NCBI RefSeq assembly: GCF_001194135.2
Contig: NC_068990.1
Location: forward strand, 20,199,525-20,244,575
Reading direction: 5' to 3'
From: Octopus bimaculoides
Taxonomy: Eukaryota
Length of the DNA stretch: 45,051 nucleotides
Under the pieces are notes generated by a model, which saw only the letters and a program-made list of their open reading frames with translations, was not told the DNA's origin and searched no databases. Each line of letters starts with the position of its first letter. Position 1 is the first letter of the stretch. The position numbers and the translations under genes were made by a program. Below are positions 11,446 through 24,246 of this stretch, piece by piece.

Positions 11446-12676
11446 TCCGCGATATATATACACTTATATATGAGTTTTTGTATGTATGTATGTATGTATG
11501 TATGTATGTATGTATGTATTTGCTTTTCTCTGTCTATCCATCGTTACGAACTTTTGCTCCAAGTTATCATTTATAGAACTCTATCGTGCTTTATTCTGGC
11601 AGCTCAATTGGCCCAAAGTATTCGCTCGTAGCAGGTCATTTTGAACACATTTCGTCATTTGGTGCGCGCCATGTTTGAATTCACGCTTCTCAATTAAACA
11701 AAATCACTGACCGAACCAAAGTTTGTAAAAGTTCGAGACTGCAGAAGTTGCAGTCTCTACATAATGTATTATGCGCTCACATTGATGAACTTCTTGCATC
11801 AAACGTTGCACTGGTTTCCGTACTGTAATCAGCTGTGTGGCCAATATGGTACCCAACAATTCAAATGTGTCGATCTGGGCAAGCTTGACTCGTTTGGCAT
11901 ATTGTAAGATGCACTGGTGTTCTAATGGATCTGCATGATCTTGGCCTCTTGATTTAATCTCTACAGCAAACACACTAGATTGTCCACTTACGTTTTAAGG
12001 TCTCAGTACATATGTTTCCGTATCTATGTAGAGTTGGTGAATGGAAAATCGCTACGCGTATAAAACGGATGTAGTTAGAGAAGTGTGTGAGTTTTGATTT
12101 TACACACACACTCACATAAAAATATGTGTGTGTACTTATATATATATTCATTCTTATCCCTTCCTATCTCTTCACTACTCCTCTCCCATCCCCCTCATAA
12201 TATATTGACCTCCAACTTACACTCCTTTTTCATTTATTCTTCCTCTTCCTTTCTTCTTTCGTCACCTATTCCTTTCTTTCTTCTTTCTGCATCTATTCCT
12301 ATTGACCATTCTCATCACTTTAACATACACAGCTTTTCTCTTCTCTATATCTCTAATACTAACACAACATTCTCAAAATTTCACTCACACCACAAGATTC
12401 CTTTGAATGAACAGAACATGGAATCTACGTCTCCAAACTTTCCATTTGTAATGACAAAATATTAACTATCGGAATTTACATACCATGGACAAGAACCATT
12501 TCTACCGCTTCTACACACCACTTTTCTTGGTTAATGGAACTATAACATCCTACATATATTTTTATTTTTACTTTTATTCTCTTATTTTCATTTATACATC
12601 TTATTTCCCTCCTTTTCCCCAAAATAACTCCTTATATTGAACTCCACTATTTCACTCTATTTAACCATCGCACATC

Positions 12677-12724
12677 GTCTCTGATGAAAGGATGTCCCTA
12701 ACATCCCAGAAACAGCTGTAAGAC
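12677..12724 (+). ncRNA. Minimal type I hammerhead ribozyme (Penelope/retrozyme-type)
   Basis: gtct CTGATGA aa ggatgt-cccta-acatcc ca GAAA C-agct-G TA agac: stem I gtct/agac, 6-bp stem II, 2-bp stem III with palindromic AGCT loop, GUA cleavage triplet ending at 12720. Confidence 0.75.
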
Positions 12725-12821
12725 CATTCTCTTTATAAATGTCCTGAAAATTCCACACAGCCTTGGCTTTGTTGTCTCATTTTATTTAACACACACACAC
12801 ACATACATACATACATACATG

Positions 12822-12878
<57 letters not shown>

Positions 12879-13569
12879 GCATATCTTTAACTCCAAGGGA
12901 GATTGAATATTATTTCTCTCTATTCAAAGAATGAACGCTACATGCTCATGTACTACTATCGATACTGACTGACCTAATTTCTATCACATTCTCAGTTTAA
13001 TTACATTTTTAATTAGTATAATTAATCAATGAAAATATTAAAACCACATAACATCGCATCACTAAGATTAACAGATTTTTTTCTAATGCTCTTTAGTTTT
13101 AATTGGATAGGTTAGAATTCATCTCATTAATACTGATTGTGTCTAGCCTGGTTATTATTTCATTCTAAATTCTGGCATGATGATTAAACAAAAATATTTA
13201 TCATGGAATGCGGTCAAAAATTTTAAAACAGCATAAGCTGAAATTTACCGCTCTTACTATACGCGTTGAATGTAAGTGATTAATAGTCTCTGTAGATAGT
13301 AAATAGCTGTGAACAGAACATCATTAAACATACTGATGCATATTCTAGTTGTACTTCATCAAGACAATTTTGATAAACTTTCGAGGGGCAAATGCATTTA
13401 TTGAAGATGAGTATAAGGATTACCACCATTCGAACTTTGAAGGACGTTCGATAAAAGAACATGTAGATTAGTAGTGAGCAAGTAATCGATCAGATTGTAG
13501 GATATTGTCATACATCACTGATCACAATGCGCTTTGCTTCATTTTGGCTTTCGATTGAGGTTAAAGTTA

Positions 13570-13738
13570 CTCCTCCCACGACAACCTCGACTGGAAGGTT
13601 AGTCGACCTCAGCTAGGAAAAACGGGAGCAATTTAAAAAGAAGTGTTTTGCTGATGAACACAACGTGCAGCTCCATCCGGGTTTCGATCCCCTGATGCTG
13701 AAAGCAACACCCTAACCACTAGGCCTCGCGCATTCATA
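13570..13738 (-). mobile_element. SINE type C, degenerate
   Basis: Homologous to 28769-29032 (aagtgttttgct...cacaacg, caccctaaccactagg). Confidence 0.7.
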
Positions 13739-13929
13739 TTAGCACCACTCCTCTTAATAAACAACTGTATCATTGTAGGCTATACAGACATGTTTTGTGT
13801 AAAAAACGCAGCATACAAAAACTAATGGTGTCATATTCTCTTCGGAAGTATAACAATTCTAGAACGATGAGTATTGTAAAAATCCATTAATTTTTTTTGG
13901 TTCGATTCAGATGGCCGAGGAGATAATTA

Positions 13930-15100
13930 TCAGATAATTCCATAAGTCATTCCGGACTTCTATATTTCCAGTTTGCAAACGCTTTAACAGCATTTTAGAA
14001 TCTCTAATGGCATCAAGTAATAGTTACATGTATTTGGACATATTTCAACTAATTAAATTTCATTTTACAGGATAACGGGGAATTCTGCACTTGAAGCGAC
14101 TCGAAATATTCACCCACCTTATGGAGCAGAACACTTGAATGAAAAAAACTTGCAGAAGATGGTTTGTAGAATTCAAAAGTGGAGATTTCAGCCTTGAAGA
14201 TGAGGCCCGAACAGGACGCCTAATTGAGTTTGATAACAAGCTCCTTTTGGCAGAAGTTGAAAAAGATCGTGCAGTTTAAGTTGAAGAACTGGCAAGTAAG
14301 CTTCTTTCACCGCCGTCTTCAACAACTTGGAAAGGTCTCAAAATTCTGAAAATGGATGCCTCAAGATTTGTCTGAAGCCAACCGCAAATCCAAAGAGGAT
14401 ATCTGCTCTTCTCTTCGTTCTCGTGACTTCATCTGGCCCTTTTTCAATAGACTATAACAACCGGCGATGAAAAATGGGCCTTTCATCAAAGTTCTAAGCG
14501 TCGGAGACATTGGCTTCGTGAAAGGGATTAGACCCAGACACAACCGAAAAGGGAACTCCATGCGAAGAAGTTTGCTCTCTCTCTTTGATGGGATTGGAAA
14601 GGGGTCTTCCACATAGAGTTGCTACCGACTAATGCAACAGTCAATGCTCAAATCTACTGTCAGCAATTCGAGCGTTCGAACGCTGCTTTGAAGGGAAAAA
14701 GCCTGTTTTAGTGAATTGAAAGTAAACGATGTTTCATCAGGACACTGAAAGGTCCCACATTGCAAATATCACGTCACAGAAGATCGGGGGATTTGGCTGG
14801 GAGAAAAAATCCTCTTCTAACTTATTTATCAGACCTTGCAACTTAATATTACCATTTTCTCTGTAGCTTACAGATTCATTTCGATGGATTAACTCTCGAA
14901 ACAACTAAGGAAGTCGAAGCTGACCATGTAGAGTTCTTCTCTTCGAAGCCGAAAGAGTTTTTCTCTGATGGGATTAAAAAGCTTACGAGTAGATAGAAAG
15001 ACGTCGTAATCATCAAATATCTGTTGACGATTAAGCTTCATTAAAATGTAAGATATGATCACTTGTTTAAAATCTGGACATTACTAATGGGATAACCTTA
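13930..15100 (+). mobile_element. Full-length dead mariner (DD34D-type) element, about 1.17 kb
   Basis: About 30-bp imperfect TIRs (13930-13959 and 15070-15100), each flanked by TA. Motifs WFVEFKSGDFSLEDEARTGR, KWMPQDL, ITTGDEKW (TGDEKW at 14460-14477), FHQDT, SDLAT*YYHF; several stops and frameshifts. Confidence 0.92.
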
Positions 15101-15362
15101 TATTTCACTCATATTCCAGAAGTTTGACATAGAAGTATGGCGATTGTTATATCTGTGTTAGGGATTTAATTCTGAAATTGTAACAAACACTGTCCATCGC
15201 ATGACAGATATGACTGAAACTCAGTACGGTGTTGCATCTTCTATCTGGAGATATTGCAAAGGAATAGGCTTCGACATTGTGAATGCTGCAGAAACATTTA
15301 TGGAATTCGGAGGAAGAAGCTAGAATAACGCAAAGATAATGTAGCAACTATCATCATTTTAA

Positions 15363-15548
15363 TTATTTCAGTCACTGGACTGTAGCGATGTTGTGGCACA
15401 AACTTGAAAGGTAAGTCGAAGAAATCGACTCAAGCACATATTTTTTACAAAGTCTGTTATTTACTGTAACAGTCGCTTTTGTTGATCCGCTGAGTTTTGG
15501 GTCAAACACAAACCACATGAAACGCATACGTACATGTGTTCATATATG

Positions 15549-15579
<31 letters not shown>

Positions 15580-16439
15580 ATATANNNNNNNNNNNNNNNN
15601 NNNNNNNNNNNNNNNNNNNNNNNNNNNNNNNNNNNNNNNNNNNNNNNNNNNNNNNNNNNNNNNNNNNNNNNNNNNNNNNNNNNNNNNNNNNNNNNNNNNN
15701 NNNNNNNNNNNNNNNNNNNNNNNNNNNNNNNNNNNNNNNNNNNNNNNNNNNNNNNNNNNNNNNNNNNNNNNNNNNNNNNNNNNNNNNNNNNNNNNNNNNN
15801 NNNNNNNNNNNNNNNNNNNNNNNNNNNNNNNNNNNNNNNNNNNNNNNNNNNNNNNNNNNNNNNNNNNNNNNNNNNNNNNNNNNNNNNNNNNNNNNNNNNN
15901 NNNNNNNNNNNNNNNNNNNNNNNNNNNNNNNNNNNNNNNNNNNNNNNNNNNNNNNNNNNNNNNNNNNNNNNNNNNNNNNNNNNNNNNNNNNNNNNNNNNN
16001 NNNNNNNNNNNNNNNNNNNNNNNNNNNNNNNNNNNNNNNNNNNNNNNNNNNNNNNNNNNNNNNNNNNNNNNNNNNNNNNNNNNNNNNNNNNNNNNNNNNN
16101 NNNNNNNNNNNNNNNNNNNNNNNNNNNNNNNNNNNNNNNNNNNNNNNNNNNNNNNNNNNNNNNNNNNNNNNNNNNNNNNNNNNNNNNNNNNNNNNNNNNN
16201 NNNNNNNNNNNNNNNNNNNNNNNNNNNNNNNNNNNNNNNNNNNNNNNNNNNNNNNNNNNNNNNNNNNNNNNNNNNNNNNNNNNNNNNNNNNNNNNNNNNN
16301 NNNNNNNNNNNNNNNNNNNNNNNNNNNNNNNNNNNNNNNNNNNNNNNNNNNNNNNNNNNNNNNNNNNNNNNNNNNNNNNNNNNNNNNNNNNNNNNNNNNN
16401 NNNNNNNNNNNNNNNNNNNNNNNNNNNNNNNNNNNNNNN

Positions 16440-16480
<41 letters not shown>

Positions 16481-16537
16481 AATGTAGCCGAAAACACGTG
16501 GTTGGAACGTGAGCATCGTAACCACAGAGCCACGCCA
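15363..16537 (-). mobile_element. SINE type B, degenerate, spanning the N gap
   Basis: Tail-like 15363-15520 (ttcagtcactggactgtagcgatg) and head-like 16481-16537 (cacgtggttgg..accacagagccacgcc) flank the internal microsatellite and gap. Confidence 0.55.
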
Positions 16538-16546
16538 GATTTAAAC

Positions 16547-16845
16547 AGGCACTCCGTCGGTTACGAAGACAAGCGTTTCAGATACCCCGACCAACGAAAG
16601 AGCTGATCCTTTGAATTAGCGTTTAAGTTGATCAGCACTCCACAAACCAGCGTAGTCTTAACATACTTCTATGTATTGGTGAATGATGGACCTTTGAATA
16701 ACATTTATCTCATTTATATCTGACTGGAATGGAGCAAAGTGAACTAAATTATTTGACTGAATGATACAACGCGCTGCAGAAAATCTGACACACGAACTTA
16801 CGATCGTGAGCCGAATATCTCTAAGCATTTATCTACACACCTTCA
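16547..16845 (-). mobile_element. SINE type C long-tail variant, degenerate
   Basis: Homologous to 28111-28431 (cactccgtcggttacgaagac..., cttacgatcgtgagccgaat). Confidence 0.65.
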
Positions 16846-17389
16846 TTGCCAGTTTTAAATAAGAAATGAGCGGGCATCAATATCCATCAAAACGTATGTT
16901 CTGATAACATACCCATTTTTTTTTACTATGATAATTCATCGCTATAGACAAATTACGCCTTAGATCTCTATTTGGATTCTTCCATCTATCTTGATGAACC
17001 AATTCAATATTGCGTAGCAATAACGCAACGTGTATAAAATATGAATTTAAAAGATGCCTTCATTTCCATTCATATAATGTATTAATTTCATATGATTTCA
17101 TTTATCTCAATCATTAACGCTCACATTCCATTTTGTTGAAAAATAAATTATATGATTTAAATGTTCTTAATGAAGTGACATTCACTTCTGTGACGTTACT
17201 GAGACTGTCATTAATTGCATTGAGATAATTTAATTAGTATTTTTTTTTTTGCTTACACTTACGTAATTTAAATTGCCAAAAAAAAAAGAGCTTTATTTCA
17301 ATCATATGCAGTCTAACTGCCAAATGATTAAATAGACGGAAATTATTAACGTGTAATAATTAAGCTACACTTGTCTTTCAAATTTGACA

Positions 17390-17920
17390 GTCATTTTGGA
17401 ATTATTTGTATGCACCGAGATATGGATGCTGAAATCTCATAAAGTTGAACGCCACGATGGAAGGTATTCAGTTCAATAAATGATGTACTCAAACTAGGCT
17501 GAAAAATACCATACGCATCAGACTCTCCAACAGCACAGTCCCGCCTGCGCTCTTATACTCAAGGTTACTAAGAAAAGGATAGAACATCGGTTGGCCATGT
17601 CGCAAAGGGCCATGGATAGTTTCATGCTAGGAATATAATGAGGAGAACATTCGATATGAAATAATTCAAGAACGCAGCGAAGTGAACTGTGTGATCGCGT
17701 AATACCCAAAGTACAAGTTCTGGTGAGCTTAAAAGGTCGCAAGACTCTTAGACAACAAGTGGACTAGTGCAGTTGCCGAGTTGTATTCAAGAGACCGGAA
17801 AAGCCACTTGGGAGACCTCGAAGACGATGAGAAACCGATTTAGATAAACAATTTTGATCAAGATGAAAAGAAATGGGCACTATCAACGCAACACTGGAAG
17901 TGCATTTTAACCAGTGGTGT
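17390..17920 (+). mobile_element. RTE-clade LINE 3' fragment
   Basis: NSTVPPALLYS, EHRLAMSQRAMDSFMLGI, KVARLLDNKWTSAVAELYSRDRK, KPLGRPRRR*ETDL: post-RT region of RTE elements, with stops and frameshifts. Confidence 0.8.
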
Positions 17921-18809
17921 CTAACCACATCGGGGGATCTGATCGATATTGTGAAACTGTGTTAATTATCCGATATAATTTGTATGAAATGAAACAGTAA
18001 AAAGCGGCTTATGCAATACAGCCACAACTGATTTGCTCCGTCAAGTATAATAGTAATGCATTGCAAATAATAGTAGTTATTAAAAGTTTAAAATATATTG
18101 AAAATTACTCAGAAGAAAAGGGATGAAGAGCAGAGGAAATAGAAAGTTTAAATGTTTAGCATAAAATAATTCTAAACTAAAATATAGACATATAACGATA
18201 AAAGTTCACAAAATGAAGGATGATAAAATTTCGAATGAAATACTAAATGGGGACGCAAGGATTGATGAAATTTCAGAGTGATTCATAATAAATATGGAAT
18301 CAGCATAGTGTTGATTATAGTGTTGCGTATACTTCGTGTCTAAACTGTATTCTATCGACTTAGCTCTTATAAGGTAGTAGTATTTAAGATCTATATCAAA
18401 ATTTTCATTCGAAAGCACAAATCTCTAATGGTTATAAATAAATTTCGTGTAGTGTGGCAGAATATAGCAGAAATAGTCGCAGTGTGCATACACACAGAGG
18501 CAAAGACATATACGCAGACAGATACACTGGAAGATGCACACCCTAGAACACTGGCAGACACACAGAATCACACACATACACACACTTCTAATCTATCTTT
18601 CTAGCTATATATCTTTATATGCTAGCTGTCTCTTCTCAGCTTTGGAATATTCGACAAAAGTAGATTAGTCAAAACCATTGCGATTTTATATTTGTCAAAA
18701 ATATAGTTAAAGCATATGCATGTGTGTGTGTTTAAAATATATAAACTAAGAACATAATTGGGTTAGGAAGGGGAAAAAAAGCAATGATATCTTCTCTCTG
18801 TTATTAATT

Positions 18810-19562
18810 TAAGTCAATTCAAGATTTTATCATCTTGGTTAATGGTTTTGATCTAATTGAGTACCACTTAGTCTCTAAAGTTATTGGCCTTGTGCCTAAA
18901 CCATATACACATATTATTATTTATTATAAATAAGGCAGCGATCTGGAAGCGTCTTTATAACGCCGGGACATTAGTGCCATTTCGTCCTCCTGTATGTCCC
19001 GAGTTGAAATTACACCCAATTCGACTTTGCTATTTATCCTTTCGCGATCGATAAAATAAGTATCAGTTGAGCACTGGGGTCGGTGCAATCGATTCCTCCT
19101 CTACCCACTAAAGAGAAATTCCTGGCTTAGTGACAAAATTTGGAACCATTATTTAATGGGGATTGGGAGAATCGTTTGAACGTGAGCCACATTAATTTTC
19201 CGGTATTTCCACCGATTCTTCCGGTTCTGAATTCAAATGCTGTTGAGGACAGCTTTTCTTTCAATCCTTATTAGGCAGGCGAGATAAATTACCAGTTATG
19301 TACTGAGTTCAGTGTTATCCATGAAACTTATGAAGCCTTCCACTGAAATTATCAGACTTGTATATGAATTAGAAAACGTAATTATGGTATGAAAATTCCG
19401 TGGAGTGGGAATTTACTATGGACTGTTTAGTTATATCCATTTATGCTGTGATGTCAAACCGGCATCCATCATCTGATAGGGATCAATGAAATATGCACCA
19501 GTCATATTCTGGGGTCGATGAGCTCAAACCTTCTTCGAAAATAGAGTAAATGTTGGAAATTA
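18810..19562 (+). mobile_element. Head-to-tail run of 3-4 degenerate SINE-A units
   Basis: Clearest unit 18931-19154; weaker units 19155-19385 and 19390-19562; partial tail at 18840-18915. Confidence 0.65.
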
Positions 19563-20063
19563 AAATTGTTCTTTAATATTTTTTTTATAATATTACTTTA
19601 AATTTGTTTCTTCCATCTTTTATTTACTGTTTGGACGAACAGAATTTTTTAAGTAGAATCTAATCTCAGAGTGTATATAATCGATTCTGTCGGTCATTAT
19701 TTCATTGAATATTTATTATATTTTATGCTCCTATATATGTATTGCTCTTTATTGTATTCTGTTTTATTATAGCAAAGTTTATATTTCGTTTTATAATAGC
19801 TTCTACTAATGTCATTTAATACAACACAATGTTATGAAACATTTTTATGATATCGATTGATATAATACGTATTGTATGTAATTTTGTATATTCTTATAGG
19901 ATTTATTATTGAGTTTTGTTATAATCGTTTATCCTAATAATGTATTTTATTATTATATATTATTTTACATAAATGCTTCCCGTCCTATAACTCGTAGAAA
20001 CTGTTATCTCGTTTTCATGACGTATAAGTGACCCAGGTCACAGCACTTATTTGCATCGGACAC

Positions 20064-20224
20064 CAGTCAATCGCAGGGACACTCAGTTATCGCTGAGTGG
20101 ACTGGAGCAACATGAAATGAAATGTTTGGCTCGATTATGTAACACACAGACCTGTCCAGGAATCGATACCACTATCTTGTGATCGTAAGTGCAAAATGCA
20201 AACAACGAGATCACGTGCCTACAC
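20064..20224 (-). mobile_element. SINE type C
   Basis: gctgagtggactggagcaacatgaaatgaaatgttt...ccaggaatcgataccactatcttgtgatcg matches other C copies. Confidence 0.8.
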
Positions 20225-20349
20225 ATTATCTATGCATTAGGGGTCTGTGTTTGCAGCTTCCATTGCAACAGGTTAAGAGTAAGAGTGAAGTGGCATATTC
20301 GATCAAGAGATTACCTTAAAGAAAGCTATTTCTGAAAGGCAGGATGAGT

Positions 20350-21720
20350 TGATGTGTCAAATGGTAGCATCACGTCTGTCATAATTTCTCTGCTGTTCCG
20401 CTTCCGTGGAAAGAAACCAAATCGATATTTATGCGGTCCATCTGTTATCAGCATTCACTCGCAGCGATGTTTCGGTGTACCGTGTAATCTGATACATAGG
20501 CACACGCTCATATAGTGCCACATGCAGACTTTCCTGAACGGTAAGAAGTCATGCTCTCCGGTTCTAAGAGGTATTTTTAAATGTTTGTGCTTTTGACAGA
20601 GCTACAGATCTTGATCAAGACAAGAACATGATTCGGGAGGGGCATCGAAAATGCTAGTTGTTAACTTTTTGCGTGCAATGGGATCGAGTGATCATCTATT
20701 TTAGCAAAATATAGGACTTGTGGCGAGTTAGAACGATGGTCTCCTCGCGAAAAATCGAAGTGACAATAAGGTCGAAATAGTTGGTCTGTTTCGGATATCT
20801 TCCTGATCTAAGACCACTGTAAACAATTTCCAAGTGTTCTTCTTTCGAATGGAATTACTACTCGGGACGATACCGAGATTGACACAAATAGGGAGTGTTT
20901 GAAACGAGTGCGTATTAATTCAACTGTACCAGACGTACTCCTGCAATTTCGATAAATTACTAACCGGTGTTGTTATGTCGAGCAGATGTTTCTGCATTTT
21001 AGACAGATCCGATCGCCCCACCACATTATTTCAACAAGGATCCGAAGGCCGTGCTCTTCTACCTGGAATTTATAGTGAATGAAGCTGTGTGGTTGACGTA
21101 GATGAACTGTCTGAGGGTGAACACCTTCCTGTCCGTGGTTTATAAAGCAATGATGGCAACTGATTGGATGCGTCGCGATTGACATCCAAGTCCTAAAAAG
21201 CTCCAAAGGACACAAAGGCTTAGTAAAGCTCTGTCCTGCTGTAGATACCGATATAAAGTGCATGAAACTGATGGTGCTATGCAAAACCCTATATATTACA
21301 TATGAGATAATAAACATCTCTTGAGAACCCTCTGCACAGATCTGAAATAAGCAGAAAAATGAAAAGAGTAGGCGCAGTAGTGATGAAAATTGAGGCAGCA
21401 TCAAGGCCAGTAGGATTTTCACACCTCTGGAAAAAGAGGGCATCTTCACATTTGTTCCATCATAGAAACCATCTACTGTGCATCCAGTTTTTCGACTGTA
21501 GGAAATATCTGCATTACCAAGCCATTGTCCTGTAAGGAAACTGAACTGATGCGAAAAGTCCAGAAAGACCAAACCATGTTTTAAAATACAAGAATTGAAA
21601 TCATAAGGAAGAATTTCATTAAAGAAGAATGAACCCCAGTAGAAACTGAGGAAAAGAATGTAAAAGGTATGCCAGACATTCGAAAACATTAATGTGCAGC
21701 AAGGTGTGCATCAGTTCTGG
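20350..21720 (+). mobile_element. Highly decayed RTE-clade LINE remnant
   Basis: Colinear motif remnants across frameshifts: RNQIDI and DVSVYRV (end of APE domain), KAVLF..EAVW, VDELSEGEH..SNDGN, DIQVLK..TDIK, ITKPL..RKVQKDQTMF. Recognised by eye only. Confidence 0.55.
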
Positions 21721-22198
21721 GAAAATACATGAACATGTAAGTAGCGGTTGAGATTTCACGCTAAATATTTTCTTTAAAAAACGGAAATTATAATCATGCA
21801 AAGATGAGGTTGTAAGTTATGTATTCATCACAGTGTTAAGAGTATGTGAAAAACAGGGGGCTCAAGCACATTGTAATATTCACATCCCACCGAAAACATA
21901 AGGATAACAAGAGCCTTTGGATACACCAGAACTAAGTACACAGCCGACTTAATTTAGAATGTAGCTTTACCATTCGTGTGTAGGTAGGTAATCCAAACAA
22001 TATTCATGATTTCTAATATGACTATCTTGTTTTAATTATCAGGTTCCAAATAATTTCTGATTTATTCATATTTCAAGTTTTAACCTCTACTTTTAAAACG
22101 TCCCTAACATTATTTACGTAAGTTTTTGCACGTCTTGTAATTCTCCTTACTTAAAACTTCATTATGTATTATATGATTTGTGCCCTATGAATAATGTA

Positions 22199-22222
22199 GA
22201 ATTATTATTATTATTATTATTA

Positions 22223-22319
<97 letters not shown>
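22199..22319. repeat. (ATT)n microsatellite
   Basis: Directly visible. Confidence 0.98.
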
Positions 22320-22321
<2 letters not shown>

Positions 22322-22650
22322 CCTCATTGTTATTTTAACAATGCCCCGAGAACACTCAGTGTGTTTCTATATGTAGCACAAGTGATTATTTTTCATCTGA
22401 ATTGTATTTCAAGTAAATTGAATAGTATTTCAAACAATTTAGAAAGTCAACGCTGCGCCAGAATAGGGACAATAAGCTCTGTCTTTTATAAGATAATTCC
22501 ATTGCTTTTCACCGCAGAACTCAGAGTGAAGAATGGCGTCATAAAATATGGGAACGGTTAGTAAATGAATCTCACTTAAGAAACAAAGCATTAGTTTGAC
22601 AAAAGAAACAAAAATATTTAAGTACATTCAGGAACATACGGTCATAGACA

Positions 22651-23013
22651 CAAGCATAGCTCTGTGGTAAGAAGCTTGCTTCCATACCACATGGTTTGGA
22701 GATCAGTTCCATTGTATGGCACCATCGGTAAGTGTGTTTTATTGTAGCCCCAGGTGGATTTCAGACTTATGAATGTGTCTTTGTAGACGGAAACAGATAA
22801 AAAAACGCCGCATATATGTATATAACTACGTGTTTTTGCTTTCGATTTTGTCTCCGTCACCGCTTGACAACCAGTTTGATTTGTTTACATCCTTGTAACT
22901 TAGCGGTTCGGCAAAAAGACCGATAAAATAAATATTAACTAAAAAGACCTTTTCAAGATAGTGTCCCAATATGACCTCTGTCGAATGACTGAAACAAGTA
23001 AATAGATAAAAGA
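22651..23013 (+). mobile_element. SINE type B, full length, diverged
   Basis: Head ctctgtggtaagaagcttgcttcc, gtagacggaaac, gtaacttagcggttcggcaaaa, tail gaatgactgaaacaagtaaa. Confidence 0.85.
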
Positions 23014-23271
23014 TATATAAAGAAAATAAGTTCTGGAAATATAGAAATAACGACATTTCCGAAAAATATAAAAAAGGTATCGATACAATCAACACTAAAA
23101 TAAATCAGAAAGGTTACCGGACTGTGGACAGGATATAAAATAAGAAAATAAGATCAGTAATGAAGGAATGTTGAGAAAATATATAATACGTGTGTTTATT
23201 TGGCAAAAAAAAACGACTGTCTCGAAATACAAGAATATCTGTTTCAACACACGAGTTCACATCAGGAATCT

Positions 23272-23319
<48 letters not shown>

Positions 23320-23459
23320 TGTGTGTGTATATGCGTGTGTGTATGTGTGTGTATATATATATATATGTTTGTATGTATGCATGTATACATATATAAAATA
23401 TATTATGCATGTATAAGTATATACATACACACACATACACACATATATATATTGTGATT

Positions 23460-24016
23460 TAAGGATACCGTTCGTGTCATATTGAGAAAAGTAGGAATCA
23501 CATTAAATATAAACACGCGAGAAACACCCCCGAAAGACAATGCAACTGTACATCCACAAACTGCTGCCCTCTGAACAACAACTGTCTCGGGAAAGAAGTC
23601 GTATACAAGGCCAAGATCACGGACGCCAACGGAGTAGCAAAGACGTATATTGGAATGAAGGGCAACTCGTTGAAGGGAAGGTATACTCAGCACCTGTGGT
23701 CATTCAAAGACAAAAATATATAAAAAAAAAACATTCAACATGCCTGTCAAATATAATATGGGGATTGAAAGAAGATGGAATAAGCAGTCCCCCGATAGAA
23801 TGGAAATTTATTAATGAAACCAAAACATACAGAGGACGGGGTACTAAATGTGAACACTGCATTACTGAAAAACTAAAGATTGTACAATCAACGGATAACA
23901 TCCTCAATGTTAGGGAAGAAACCTTCTTTCTCTGCATACACAAGCAATATTTTACACTAAAATGCTTCAAAGAAGAGCCATCATTTGCTACGTTAATCCC
24001 ACTAGGGATTTCCTGA
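23460..24016 (+). mobile_element. Penelope-like element GIY-YIG endonuclease region (Naiad-like linker), one frameshift
   Basis: Frame from 23541: CNCTSTNCCPLNNNCLGKEVVYKAKITDANGVAKTYIGMKGNSLKGRYTQHLWSF; after the A-run at about 23722-23731: HSTCLSNIIWGLKE..IEWKFI..CEHCITEKLKI..NILNVREETFFLCIH. VVY 23598-23606, YIG 23646-23654. Confidence 0.9.
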
Positions 24017-24246
24017 ACGGGAAATCTGAACAAACATAGCACACAAAATCCACCTACAGAAGGAACATGCCCCAATGACGAACTACCTCAGCACACCCAG
24101 AGCAAAAGTAAAATAATGCAAACAAATTGACTTCACGAGAGTTTGCCCAAAAGACAAATCCAAGGGAGACAGACATTCAAAGATGTCACCCAAAGAGCAA
24201 TGTCGCTAGATTCGTTTTATTATTCACGGGAACTTACTAAGATCTC

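Noticed and set aside
13350-13472. Protein-like frame LYFIKTILINFRGANAFIEDEYKDYHHSNFEGRSIKEH
   Set aside because: Short, weak donor, and the acceptor coincides with the preceding TAG stop (selection bias); similar frames at about 3360-3510, 5670-5840 (minus) and 11704-11973 are equally unsupported.
21646-21700. CTGAGGA..gaatgt/acattc GAAA motif
   Set aside because: No stem I and no NUH triplet; inside the RTE remnant.
23541-24016. Selenocysteine recoding in the Penelope ORF
   Set aside because: No in-frame TGA at Cys positions in this copy; cannot be claimed from this fragment.
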